Assembly (NCBI GenBank): GCA_044892525.1
Contig: CM097885.1
Span: forward strand, 252,464,001-252,528,000
Direction of reading: 5' to 3'
Length of the DNA: 64,000 bases
From: Schmidtea polychroa
Lineage: Eukaryota
The position numbers were made by a program, and so were the translations under genes. Positions 12,187 to 25,015 of this stretch are shown one piece after another. The notes beneath the pieces are model-generated. The model was given only the letters and a program-made list of their open reading frames with translations, was not told the origin of the DNA and did not search any database. Positions within the stretch are counted from its first letter, which is position 1; every line of letters starts with the position of its first letter.

Positions 12187-13191
12187 TTAATAATAATATT
12201 TGTTAGCCGCAACAACGTCGAATTCATTTTCAATCTCCATAATTAATAAATCAACCAAATAAAATTACTAAATTTATTTTATTCAAAAAACTGCGCTTGT
12301 TTGTAATATTCAAACAATCTGTTCGAGGATTTTTTATTATTTTAATTTTGATGCTGATTTCAATGATGGTTTAATTTATTTTAATATTTAATATATTTTA
12401 ATTTATTTTTATATTTTAAACTTACTTTAATTAATTAATTTAAATATTTATATAAAAATTTATGTAATCTGATATATACAATTTAAATGTTTATTAGCAA
12501 TATCCAGTTTTAACTTAAACGNNNNNNNNNNNNNNNNNNNNNNNNNNNNNNNNNNNNNNNNNNNNNNNNNNNNNNNNNNNNNNNNNNNNNNNNNNNNNNN
12601 NNNNNNNNNNNNNNNNNNNNNNNNNNNNNNNNNNNNNNNNNNNNNNNNNNNNNNNNNNNNNNNNNNNNNNNNCACCTAAAGTAGCAAAATAAATTTTATT
12701 AAAAATTTAAAAAAATTCAAAATTGACGTGTTCCGGTTGAAATTATATGTACAGATAGCAACTTATAGTCAAATGCCATTTTGGCCGAAAAATAAACAAA
12801 TCAAACGGAAAACTCTACAAACTTTTACATTGTTTACACTAAAATATGAAGTTTCATTCCATAAATATTTTTTTGATGCCTTGAAGAAAAAAGTGATCAA
12901 AAATATGGTATTTCCTTTTAAAATAAATCTATGATTTAATGTATGAATCATTTTAAATCAATAAATAAAATTGAAAGTCCATATATTAATAATTTAATAA
13001 AACCACTAACAAACTAATTAAAATCAATAAAATTACTAAAATATGATTCCAGGAATTATAAATAAAATGTAGTAACAAGTTGGCTACGGGTCAATTAGTT
13101 ATTTGTAACCCACATAAGATGTATACAAATAAGTATTTATTGTGTGTTGCATATAACTTACATGTTCATGTGGGTTACATAAGGTTTACAC

Positions 13192-13257
13192 CTGGGGTGG
13201 GCAACTTTTTTAATCAACGGGCCAATTTAAATTTTAAAATTTTTTGGCGGGCCGCAT
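13192..13257 (+). mobile_element. hAT (Buster/SPIN-like) terminal fragment
   Basis: CTGGGGTGGGCAAC followed by CGGGCC and GCGGGCCGCA subterminal motifs. Partner end not identified. Confidence 0.45.
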
Positions 13258-14391
13258 ATAAATGTTAGGTTCGATAGGTAGGTAGTCGAACTAACACAAA
13301 AAAAAACGTTCTATCTGACTCCAAATAAATAATTTATGCGTATAGGTAATAAATAAGAAATATGATTTATAATATTTATTAATGATAAAAATTACACGAT
13401 TGTTTATTTGTACAAATTATTCACGCTGCTCTCTGAAGAAAGAAAACGGTTATGCAAACCGCCCTGAAGAATATTTCTACGAATCAAGGCTGGCCCTAAA
13501 TGCGCCAACAGCCCGATATAAGTGAAAGGAAAAAGATAGGGAAGATCACCAAATTTTACGCGATAGAGTCAACCCAGAATTGGTTAACTCTTTTTCAAAT
13601 AACGATACAACACAAAAATTAGTGATGACGTTATTATATCCCTTATTAATTTAACTTAAATAAATCTTTTATATATATGTACTTTAAAATTACTTGGAAA
13701 TTGATAACAAAACTAACTGATAAAAATATTCTATGGCTCCGAAGAATTTCGTAATAAATAATTCCAGTAACAAATTTAGTTTATGATCGATATTCCTATG
13801 AAAATTTCCTGATCCAATTGACGAAATGAAATTTCCAAAATTTATGTTGAATGCCAAATGTCAAGAATTTTCCTTGCCGAATTAAATTGATTTGATCGTT
13901 ACTATTTTTAACTATTGTGATTCCCTTCTGACTTGCTTGTCTCTAATTTTTCAGTCCCTTCACAATGAAATTTTTGTGGTATTTATATTAGTTTATTTAT
14001 AACAAATCTATTTATAGTAATTGTTTAATTCCTATTTTTATTATATATTTTTTAAATAATTTCTATAATTCTATTTTTTGTAATTATTTATTACTAATTA
14101 TATTTTAGTTTTAATTTTAGTATTTAATTTCTATTTTAGGTAATTTTTCATTACTATTTCTATTATACTTCTAATTAATTATTATTTAATTTTGAACCTT
14201 CAATTCCGGTTCCTACTGAACCCCAACATAAAGTAACACTTATTAATAATTTATAAAACTTTATTTATAATAAACATTAGAATAAAAATATATAAAATAT
14301 AAAAAAAAGTAAAGATTTCATATACAAATTTTAGTGAAAAATAAAAACAAACAGGAAAAGAACAATAAAACGGATTTACTTGAAATTTGTA

Positions 14392-14502
14392 ATGAGAAAT
14401 TTGGCTCTGTTTTTTCGATACAAGCTGATCAATATCAGCCGGAATTGATGAAGTAGCTACAAGTACGCAGCTTTCTAATCATGCATTACTCAGTCTTGAT
14501 CG
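14392..14502 (-). pseudogene. hAT Buster/GTF2IRD2-like transposase extreme C-terminus remnant
   Basis: RSRLSNA*LESCVLVATSSIPADIDQLVSKKQSQISH matches the typical Buster ending RSRL...L..CL..AT....PDI..LV..KQ.Q.SH. Confidence 0.65.
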
Positions 14503-15541
14503 TTGGTCTTTTTTTATTTATTTATACATGAAATTAATAATAGTATTGAATATTTAACATTTTTTTTTCATTTTGACATTCTTTTTTTAATAAAAAAACA
14601 AAATCATTTATATAAAATATTTTAGAAAAAATGAACGTCATTAAATTAAAAAAAACGTCATTTAAAATCACCAAGATAAAAGAAATTTCAGGCTAATTAA
14701 TAATAATAATAATAATTATTATTATTATTATAATAATCAATAATAAGTGAAAGATTTTCAAATAAGATTTAATTTCACATTAAAACAAAGTTTAAAAGGA
14801 TTAATTTATTGTATTTTCTAGGACAAGCAAATTTTGACAAAATCTCTTCACAAAGTTCAATTGAAATTTCGTAAAATCGTGCAATGTTGATAAAGATAAA
14901 AAATAAGAAAGAATCACTGTTTAGCAGTCTGATACTAATGTTTTATTATATATAATTTATTTATTCTCATAAACCAATAACAGATATAAGTGGTTAGTAA
15001 AAATAAAAATTATAGTAAATCAAAGTATTACACAATANNNNNNNNNNNNNNNNNNNNNNNNNNNNNNNNNNNNNNNNNNNNNNNNNNNNNNNNNNNNNNN
15101 NNNNNNNNNNNNNNNNNNNNNNNNNNNNNNNNNNNNNNNNNNNNNNNNNNNNNNNNNNNNNNNNNNNNNNNNNNNNNNNNNNNNNNNNNNNNNNNNNNNN
15201 NNNNNNNNNNNNNNNNNNNNNNNNNNNNNNNNNNNNAAATCTAATAATAAATGGCGAAACATAATTCCAAAGGGAGAAACTAAACGAATAACTCCATGTC
15301 CACAGTCAGCGTCTCGCGGCGGAAAATACTAGGCCATAGAATACATCTAGTATGACGACAATCCAGTTGCTAAATCTCCTGTCTCAATTAAATAAGCGGC
15401 ATACTTTTTCGTTTAGTTAGAAAAGTTATATCGAAATTCAACGATTGAACTAAGGAGAAATAACTCAGTAAAACACACACCGAAATAAACAAACAACTGC
15501 ACGAACAAATGGAAAAGAGTTTTATGTTTTTCGTCTATATT

Positions 15542-15547
15542 TTTATT
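15542..15547 (-). promoter_or_regulatory. Candidate polyadenylation signal AATAAA of twitchin
   Basis: AATAAA on the minus strand about 30 nt after the stop codon. The background is AT-rich, so specificity is low. Confidence 0.4.
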
Positions 15548-15576
15548 GTTATTGTTTTCGGAAAGATTGAAGCTAC

Positions 15577-18500
15577 TCAAGCTGTCAGGAGTAATTTATC
15601 AACATCGACAATATTTTCTGTGTCTTCGCCGGGAAGGACAGTTAATGAGAACCAGCAATTTGTTGTTTTGCCTTTGTCATTAGACGCTGCTATTGTGTAC
15701 AATCCGGAATCTGTAGAGAGAGTATAAGCCAGTTTCATAGTTGCTTCATTGTTGGTCACTTGTAGCTCAGTTCGATCATCGTTTGAGATTTCTTGTTCGT
15801 CTTTTAACCATTTCACTGAATAATGAAACTATTTTAGGAATTCAATAATTTCGTTCATGATAATATCCTTTTGCGGTTTATTATTTTATATAAAATTGTA
15901 TTTAGTTAACATTTCCCGAATTGTTCCTTGAATTTCAAAAAGTACAAAATGAGAGTCATAAAGTCTATTTGACATTTCTATATTTGGACTATTAAAAATT
16001 ATTAAATAATGTTTTAGCTAATAAATGAAATTTCTTGTTATTTTCAACATTTTTATTAGAATTATTTTCTTNNNNNNNNNNNNNNNNNNNNNNNNNNNNN
16101 NNNNNNNNNNNNNNNNNNNNNNNNNNNNNNNNNNNNNNNNNNNNNNNNNNNNNNNNNNNNNNNNNNNNNNNNNNNNNNNNNNNNNNNNNNNNNNNNNNNN
16201 NNNNNNNNNNNNNNNNNNNNNNNNNNNNNNNNNNNNNNNNNNNNNNNNNNNNNNNNNNNNNNNNNNNNNNNNNNNNNNNNNNNNNNNNNNNNNNNNNNNN
16301 NNNNNNNNNNNNNNNNNNNNNNNNNNNNNNNTGAACAAATACAATAAATAAATGATTTAAAACCAATAAGCACAAATAATTGGTTTTGTTTTCCTGAGAT
16401 ATTCAAATAGGAAAATGTTGTGCCTAATAAAAATACTAAAATAATTATTATTTTTTAAAATATGTATAAAAATAAAATAAAAATCCAAAAAAAAAGCCCA
16501 TCTAAAAACGATTCATTTAATTTATTATTATAATTGGTGTTATGGATGATGAGGTAGTTTCTAATATTCTTCTGGAACAGATACTAAATCTATCAAGCAC
16601 ATGTTTTACGTGTTCTTGTTTAATATTATAATATCTGCGTTGCAATTCTTTAGACCCATATGCGAAGCTAAATGGACCTCTTCAACCCATAAAACTTTCT
16701 TTGGATCATTGTAATCTTCAATATATTCTAACATTTTAATAAAAATTTTGTTATTTAATATCTTCATTCTAGTTGCTTTTTTTTGTATCGAAATCAGGTA
16801 AATTTCCCTTAACCATAAAGTTTACATAAGAGTTGTATTCTGCTTCCGTATTTATTTGAATTCTTGCAGGCATTAGAATTATAAAAAAATATTATATCTT
16901 TAAAATTGTTTTATAATTTATATTAAAAAATTATAATTATTTTTGTATTTTTATTAGGCAACATTTTTATTAGGTACCACAATTCAAATAGGAAAATAAG
17001 AAGTAAATATTAAAATTTTTAAAAGAACTTCAATGATATTTTTATAATTAAGACATTTAAAACTATGTTAAATATATACAATAAATTGTCAATAATTGCT
17101 ATTTTTATTTTTTATTGGTTAAGCAAAGGAGATGACTTTGCGGTTCACAGTTTTACTTGCATATCGTATTTACAGAATCACAGGAAGTAGGAATAGGACT
17201 ACAGCAGAACTACAGAAGATCAATCCGACATCCATTAGTTAGTTTTCAAACAGATCACCTGATTGGGACTGCTAAACCAGGTAGAAAGTGTAAACACTGC
17301 AAGGTTATTGTAACAAATTCCTCATAGACTGCTTACAAGAAATGTAATGGATTTAAAACCAAACTTGCTAAAATGCGGCCCAATAGCAAATTAAAAAATA
17401 TTTAAAAATACAAATTTTTATTAAAAAATATCTATTTAAATTTAAAAAAATAAATGTTTGCAATATTTGAAGTTAAAAAAACTATACTGAGTTAATTTTT
17501 ATTCCAGTTTCGTTAAAAATATTGTATGTGGAGCCTAGCAAAATATATTTATGCGATGTGGGGCTGAAACGGTCACAGTTTAGACAGCCATGAGTGAAGC
17601 GTGATCAGTTGAAGGAGGCCTCTGACACACAAGCGTACTTCAAAGAACTCACTTGGCAACGTACAAAGAAATAAATTATTATTTCATATTAATTATCTAT
17701 TTTACATATCTTACAATCAAAATAATATTTATTATCTGAATTTTCCGCATTACCTCAAGATTTCGGCATTTAATTTTATTAAAGTTTGCTGATAATAATT
17801 TTATTCTAATTATGTTTGTTTAAAATGTAATTTTTCTACAATCATAATTGATAAAATAAATTTTATTTATAGAAAAGATTTTTATCTTACAAGTTTCATA
17901 GATTATATAAATGTTTAGAAATGAGAAATAATTCAAGAAATAATAACCTGATGAAATGTCGCTTTCAAATGAACAATTGAGAGTAACTGATGATCCTTCA
18001 TCTATAGTTTGTGATTTTGTAAACCCACCAATAACTGGACCATTGGGAGATTCTTCTGGAACTGAATTTATGTAAATCATTTCCCCAATGGTAAACCATA
18101 TCTTACTTGATATTACGACTGTACATGCGGTCATTGCTAAACACTTTTCATTGTTATCTAAGATTTCACAGACATATAATCCCCCATCTTCGGGAAATAC
18201 TTCTTCTAAACTCAATGATAAGTTATTATCTTTAATGCTCGCAACAAATGTTGAAGGGACTGTGATTTTGTTTTGACTCCATTGCACTTTCATTGAATCT
18301 GAATTGAACCCCTCGACCGTACAACTTAGGATCATTGGATCAGAATCCATTAAATTTAAACTCGTTAAGTGTTGCTTGAAATAAGTGGAAATTGTTTTGT
18401 CGTCTGATTTTTTGGTAACCTCCTTGATTTTACCATTAGTTTCTGTAGTTGACGACAAAATTCCATTTTCTAAGGCAGACAAATTTTCACCTGGATAAAT

Positions 18501-21500
18501 ATTAATTCAATTCGGCTAATAGAGAAATATCCCAGTACCGATTTTGACATCAACTGACGTATTCGATACACCAGCTTCATTTGTGGCCTCACAATTGTAC
18601 TTGCCAGAATCTTCTAACATGGCTTCAGCAATAATTAGGGTTGATTTACCATCTTTGGTTGTAATCTCAATTATACCATCAGGTTTCAGTATCTTAATAA
18701 CATAATAGTAGCTTTAATTAGGTATTCAGTCTTTCATTGGTCATATGGCCTCCCATAAAATATCAGCAAATCTGGGAGCATATATACTATACAAGAATCT
18801 ATGGTAAGCTTCAAAATAAAGAACAATCATTCCTAATTTTTGATTTGGAACTTGTAAATGAATATCATTCTTACAGAAATAGATTTTGTTGCCCCCTACA
18901 GATGACAGGTACATTAGCTTTTGTTTGGTCTGACCAAATTGTAAGCAATAGTCGTATAAAGTTAAAATTAAATAATATTATATCTGTTGTATTTTCAAAA
19001 GTAATATGTCGAACAACAAATAAATGCGTTTGTTGTTTTCAAAAAATAAAACGCTATCAATTTTCTCTAAAGTCCTCCTTAAAAAGTATAAAGCACTCCT
19101 TCCTAGGCGGCGTACGCTCAATGTTGGGAAACAAATACTCAATACAAGAGATCCATTATGGTGGATCAAGATTCTATAGCAGCAGCTTACAATTTGTTGT
19201 CGTGTTTACTAAAAGACTTTAATTTATCTTTTATATATCAAACTTAATATCAAAGGTTTGTGCTCACTGAACCAAGGACAAGCACCTCTTTATAGAACCT
19301 GAGTGCGCCACGCTTGAGAAAATGTTGCGTAGCATTGATTTACACAAATATTATCAATATTAATGTAATTTTTCATAAATGCTGTATTCAGTATTAATAA
19401 GGATTTCTCAAGTTATCAGATAGACAAATAATTTAAAAGTTTCGGTTGAATTACGATTCAAGTGCCTTTATTGTAGTCAATGCATTAATTAATAAATTCA
19501 AAATATTAACTAAATTAACCTTTCCATCCTTTGTCCAAATAATCGTAGGTGCTGGGGTTCCAGAAAACTTTGCTTCAAGTGTTAATTTATCACCGTCAAC
19601 TAAACCGCTTGGTTTTTTTAAATCTTCAGTAAATTCTGGTTTGACTGATCGACTAATTGACCTATTTGAAGATGAATCAATGGATGTTCGTTTTGAAGTC
19701 GTTGACGTTTTAATAGACGATGAGTTGTCTGTTACAGTAGATTTGTATGAACTTGTTGAGGATGATGAAACGAAAGAAAGATCTTTGGAAGATACTTCTT
19801 TAATTTCACTAAATCTTTTAATTGACCGACTGCTTGATGAAAAGTCCGAATTTGAGATACTATTTGTGCGATTGAAGCTATGAAATTCAGAAGAAGTTGA
19901 CGAAGAAAATTTATTTGATGTTTTATTGAGTAACATTTGAACTCGGTTAGCTGAGGAGAATAATAAATAATTTTCAAAATGTAATATTATCAAAATAAAA
20001 AATAATTATCTTCCAGGACAAATTATTTTGCATGGATACTTATATGTTGAGGTATTTCTTTATGAGCATTTGTACATGAGCTTTTGTACTAGAGCTTTTG
20101 TATATGAGCATTTGTATATGAGCATTTGTATATGAGCATTTGTATATGAGCATTTGTACATGAGCATTTGTACATGAGCTTTTGTACTGGAGCTTTTGTA
20201 TATGAGCATTTGTATATGAGCATTTGTATATGAGCATTTGTATATGAGCATTTGTACATGAGCATTTGTATATGAGCATTTGTATATGAGCATTTGTACA
20301 TGAGCATTTGTACATGAGCATTTGTATATGAGCATTTGTACATGAGCATTTGTATATGAGCATTTGTACATGAGCATTTGTACATGAGCATTTGTATATG
20401 AGCACTTGTACATGAGCTTTTGTACTGGAGCATTTGTACATGAGCATTTGTACATGAGCTTTTGTACTGGAGCTTTTGTATATGAGCATTTGTATATGAG
20501 CATTTGTACTTGAGCATTTGTATATGAGCATTTGTATATGAGCATTTGTATATGAGCATTTGTATATGAGCATTTGTACATGAGCATTTGTATATGAGCA
20601 TTTGTACTTGAGCATTTGTATATGAGCATTTGTATATGAGCATTTGTATATGAGCATTTGTACTTGAGCATTTGTATATGAGCATTTGTATATGAGCATT
20701 TGTATATGAGCATTTGTACATGAGCATTTGTACATGAGCATTTGTATATGAGCATTTGTATATGAGCACTTGTATATGAGCATTTGTATATGAGCATTTG
20801 TATATGAGCATTTGTATATGAGCACTTGTACTGGAGCTTTTGTACTGGAGCTTTTGTATATGAGCATTTGTATATGAGCATTTGTATATGAGCATTTGTA
20901 CTTGAGCATTTGTATATGAGCATTTGTATATGAGCATTTGTATATGAGCATTTGTATATGAGCATTTGTACATGAGCATTTGTATATGAGCATTTGTACT
21001 TGAGCATTTGTATATGAGCATTTGTATATGAGCATTTGTATATGAGCATTTGTACTTGAGCATTTGTATATGAGCACTTGTACGTGAGCATTTGTATATG
21101 AGCATTTGTATATGAGCATTTGTACATGAGCATTTGTACATGAGCATTTGTATATGAGCATTTGTATATGAGCATTTGTATATGAGCACTTGTACATGAG
21201 CTTTTGTATATGAGCATTTGTATATGAGCATTTGTATATGAGCATTTGTATATGAGCATTTGTATATGAGCATTTGTATATGAGCATTTGTACTTGAGCA
21301 TTTGTATATGAGCATTTGTATATGAGCATTTGTATATGAGCACTTGTACATGAGCATTTGTACATGAGCATTTGTATATGAGCATTTGTATATGAGCATT
21401 TGTATATGAGCATTTGTATATGAGCATTTGTATATGAGCATTTGTACTTGAGCATTTGTATATGAGCATTTGTACGTGAGCATTTGTACTTGAGCATTTG

Positions 21501-24500
21501 TATATGAGCATTTGTATATGAGCATTTGTACTTGAGCATTTGTACATGAGCTTTTGTATATGAGCATTTGTATATGAGCATTTGTACTTGAGCATTTGTA
21601 TATGAGCATTTGTATATGAGCATTTGTACTTGAGCATTTGTATATGAGCATTTGTACGTGAGCATTTGTACATGAGCATTTGTATATGAGCACTTGTACA
21701 TGAGCTTTTGTACTGGAGCTTTTGTACTGGAGCTTTTGTACTGGAGCTTTTGTACTGGAGCATTTGTACGTGAGCATTTGTACATGAGCATTTGTACATG
21801 AGCACTTGTACATGAGCATTTGTATATGAGCATTTGTATATGAGCACTTGTACATGAGCTTTTGTATATGAGCATTTGTATATGAGCATTTGTATATGAG
21901 CATTTGTATATGAGCACTTGTACTGGAGCTTTTGTACTGGAGCTTTTGTACTGGAGCATTTGTACGTGAGCATTTGTACATGAGCATTTGTACATGAGCA
22001 TTTGTACATGAGCATTTGTATATGAGCATTTGTATATGAGCATTTGTATATGAGCATTAATTCATACTTCGTGCTAATTTATTCGAAGAAGAACTGTAAC
22101 TAGTTAATAAATGTGTCAATTATTTATTGTCGTAGCTAGCTAGGATATAAATGTTTGAATAGATCATCATTACAGCTTCACAATGACAGAAACACAGTGA
22201 TTAATAAAAGAACTTCTTACAAAATTTACTTTAAAATCAGCACTTCAGTATAATATTATTACACATTTGATCCTCTTAGTATTTTAGAGCCGATATGCCG
22301 ACTTTTCATTTCCAACACAATCTTAACCCGTGAAATGATGAGTTATTTTTTATAAAATAAACTTGTCTAGGCTCCAGCATTTCAAATAAATAGGAATATA
22401 TACCAAGTTTCACCAAGTTTCCTTTCAAATAAGTACAAATGTTCGACGTTATAGGCACCAATTTTCATTGCAGTCAATGATAATATTTATTGGATGTATC
22501 ATAAATATGGGTTTATTTCATACAGGACAAAGAACTGTTTGTAGCTAGCAAAGTCGTGAGATTAATCAAATAATGTCAAGGGAAAGATCTAACTCAAAAA
22601 TTGCATATTCTGAGCAAATTGCCAAAAATATCCTTAGAAATTTAACCGGTAATTAGAATGAAACAAAGTGTTTAAAAATTCAATGGTAGAAAATTGAGTG
22701 ATTTGTTTAAATATTGATATATTTTTGCAGCCATGGATAAAAATTCAGTGAGGTATTATTTTAATCGCACAGCAAAAAAGATCTGGGTATATGTAAGCAA
22801 TGCTCAAAGAAATAAAAGCAGCGGGAGGATATAACCATCTCAAAAGTCAACACAAAACTTATTTATTGAAACGACACAAGGAGACAACTGATGATTTACT
22901 ACTACATCTATGAAAGTACAACTTACATTGCTAATAAAAGCAAAAACTGAAGTATCCTATAAAAAAACTACCAAAAAAACTACTCAAAATCTAAGTCAAG
23001 TTATTAAGAAAGAATTAACTTATTTTCAAGAAGAAAAGGTAAGAGGAAAATATATAGAAATGGCTTACGATTTTCTAATGACTACCCGACCAACAATTGT
23101 GGAATCCAAAAGGGCATTTTCGGCGGCTGGATTAGTTTGCACAAAATCACGATTAAATGACGAAAGTCTGGACAAATTATGTTTTTGTGAGGTTGATTAA
23201 TAAACTTGTTTAAATTACTATTGTCCATTACCCTTATTTCAATTAACTGTTTATTTTTGCAACACATTTACTCTTTCATTCCAATTTTTCTATATTGTTT
23301 TTAAATAAAAAAATTCCCGGTAAACCGGTGGTGATTGAAAAATTTACCGAATTACCGATAATCTGCAATTCTATGATATTTTTGGAAGGTCCATAAGGTT
23401 TATATTTTTCATTATTCCATTTCTATTAACCGTTTCAAACCCGTCTTTTTTTATAGAAAAAAATAATTTCTAATAAACTTTAAAATAAAAAACAACTATT
23501 GGAAAAGCATGTTTTGTTATTAATGCAACAGTGTAATACTTTTTGAAATAATATGAAGGATTAAAAGAAAAATAACAACACATTTTTAATGATGTGATGA
23601 ACATCCTTTACTTCTTCTTTGAGGCTGCTTAGTTTGTGTTCCTTGGGGTATGAAGGTAGATAGAAAAGGTCACCCAGTCGAGATTATTTTATTTGGCCTT
23701 AAATTTACCTCTAATAAGTTTCTATTTAGAATCATTCAACTCGTCTGTCTTATTTTTTAGCGCGTTATCAAATTATATTATTGGCGAAAAATGAATAAAT
23801 TAAGTGGAGATTGAGCGTCTGTATAATTTAATGTATGAAAAATTTTTACGTTACCGGAACTTGAAGGTATATATGAAACCTATATAAACGTTCTCCGAAC
23901 TGAAAGGGTTCAATCATAGTCCAATCAACAAAATCTTCATCCTCACTTTCTTTACCAATGATCTTTTTTCAATTTCTTATAGTTTTATATTTTATAAATT
24001 AGATATGAAATAAAATATTGATTAATAATGTAAAAATTAAACATTCCATAGTCAATAAAATGTGCTCGTGTAATTGATCTGCAAAATTATATAATATAAT
24101 TTTCAAACCAATTTTATTGAAATTACAAAGATTAATTGAAATTCCACCAATGAAATTAGAAAGATTAGAAATTTAATTAAAAGATTTTATTAAACTTACG
24201 TTCAACATGTAGTTTCATAGAGGTTTCATCCTCACCCAACTTGTTGGTGATACGGCATGAGTATTTACCAGCATCTTGGACGGTGCACGAATAAATCTCG
24301 AGTGATGTAATGCCACACAGGTGATTAATTTCATAGTCGCATTTTCCCTTTATCAGCTCAACGCCATCTTTAAACCTTGAAGAAAATCTTTAAAATATCG
24401 AACTTCCACGTTAGTTATTCATACCAAGCAATTTCTGGAGTTGGGAAACCGTCAGCTGTACACATAATCTTGACGCTGTTTCCTGATTGTATAAATCTGT

Positions 24501-25015
24501 TCCTAAGAGGAAAAGCGAATCTCGGCTTTTTCTCTGCTTCTTGGAACATTTCTATTGCAGCTTCTTCTCGTTTCTTGCGCATTGGTGTGGATTCTCTCGG
24601 TTTGTCTAAATATAAGAAAAAAGTTAAATTTTGAGAAAACTGTGAAATTCATACAGGAAATATTATTAATCAGGGATTCAACTTTCAGAAGAGCTGTATG
24701 TTCCTTTTTGCCAAAACTGTTTTCAGCGCGCACTACATATTCCCCTTGATCTTCTAATTTCGAGCGATTTATTTTCAAGCAATAGTCTTTCCCAGAATAT
24801 TTTTGCATAAACTTGACACTCTGTGTTAATGGAATATCGTTTTGTAACCTATAGAAGTTGTCTAATAGATTATTTTTAACAAGAAATAATATTAAACCAT
24901 GTGACAATTGGTGCTGCAACTGCTACAATCTTACATGAGAACTCTGCATTTTGTCCTTCTGCTACCAATTGATTTGATGGCTTTTTGATGAATCTTGGAC
25001 CAGCTTCTTTCCGAT
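15577..25015 (-). CDS. unc-22: Twitchin C-terminal block: 2 Ig, Ser-rich linker, 3 Ig, stop
   Basis: DRKEAGPRFIKKP..., KPRFAFPLRNRFIQSG..., Ser-rich exon 19950-19520, KPEFTEDL...GTPAPTIIWTKDGK|ILKPDG...DSGKYNC, FPEDGGLYVC, last exon VKWLKD...DSGLYTIAASN...DKLLLTA followed by TGA at 15579-15577. Confidence 0.88.

Noticed and set aside
6353-12214. Possible giant solo LTR bounded by TGTTG ... CAACA
   Set aside because: Flanks (TATTA vs ACGTC) give no TSD, an (AAT)n tract and a gap intervene, and no PBS or PPT was recognised.
13464-13484. Second hammerhead-like CTGAAGA...GAAT
   Set aside because: No stem II, GAAT instead of GAAA, and no stem I/III.
17560-17650. Weak Helitron helicase-like SLKYAC...FTHG
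   Set aside because: Too short and degenerate to support.
18737-19222. 161-aa plus-strand ORF in a twitchin intron
   Set aside because: No recognisable motifs, non-ATG start, and composition typical of random AT-rich sequence.
20040-22057. Three ~650-aa minus-strand ORFs in the track
   Set aside because: All are readings of the 14-bp minisatellite, whose reverse-complement unit lacks stop codons. No acceptor or start context was found.
23860-23960. Possible extra acidic twitchin exon (IIGKESEDEDFVDWTMIEPFQFGERL)
   Set aside because: No good in-frame acceptor (upstream TGA), and the flanking exons already join in phase.
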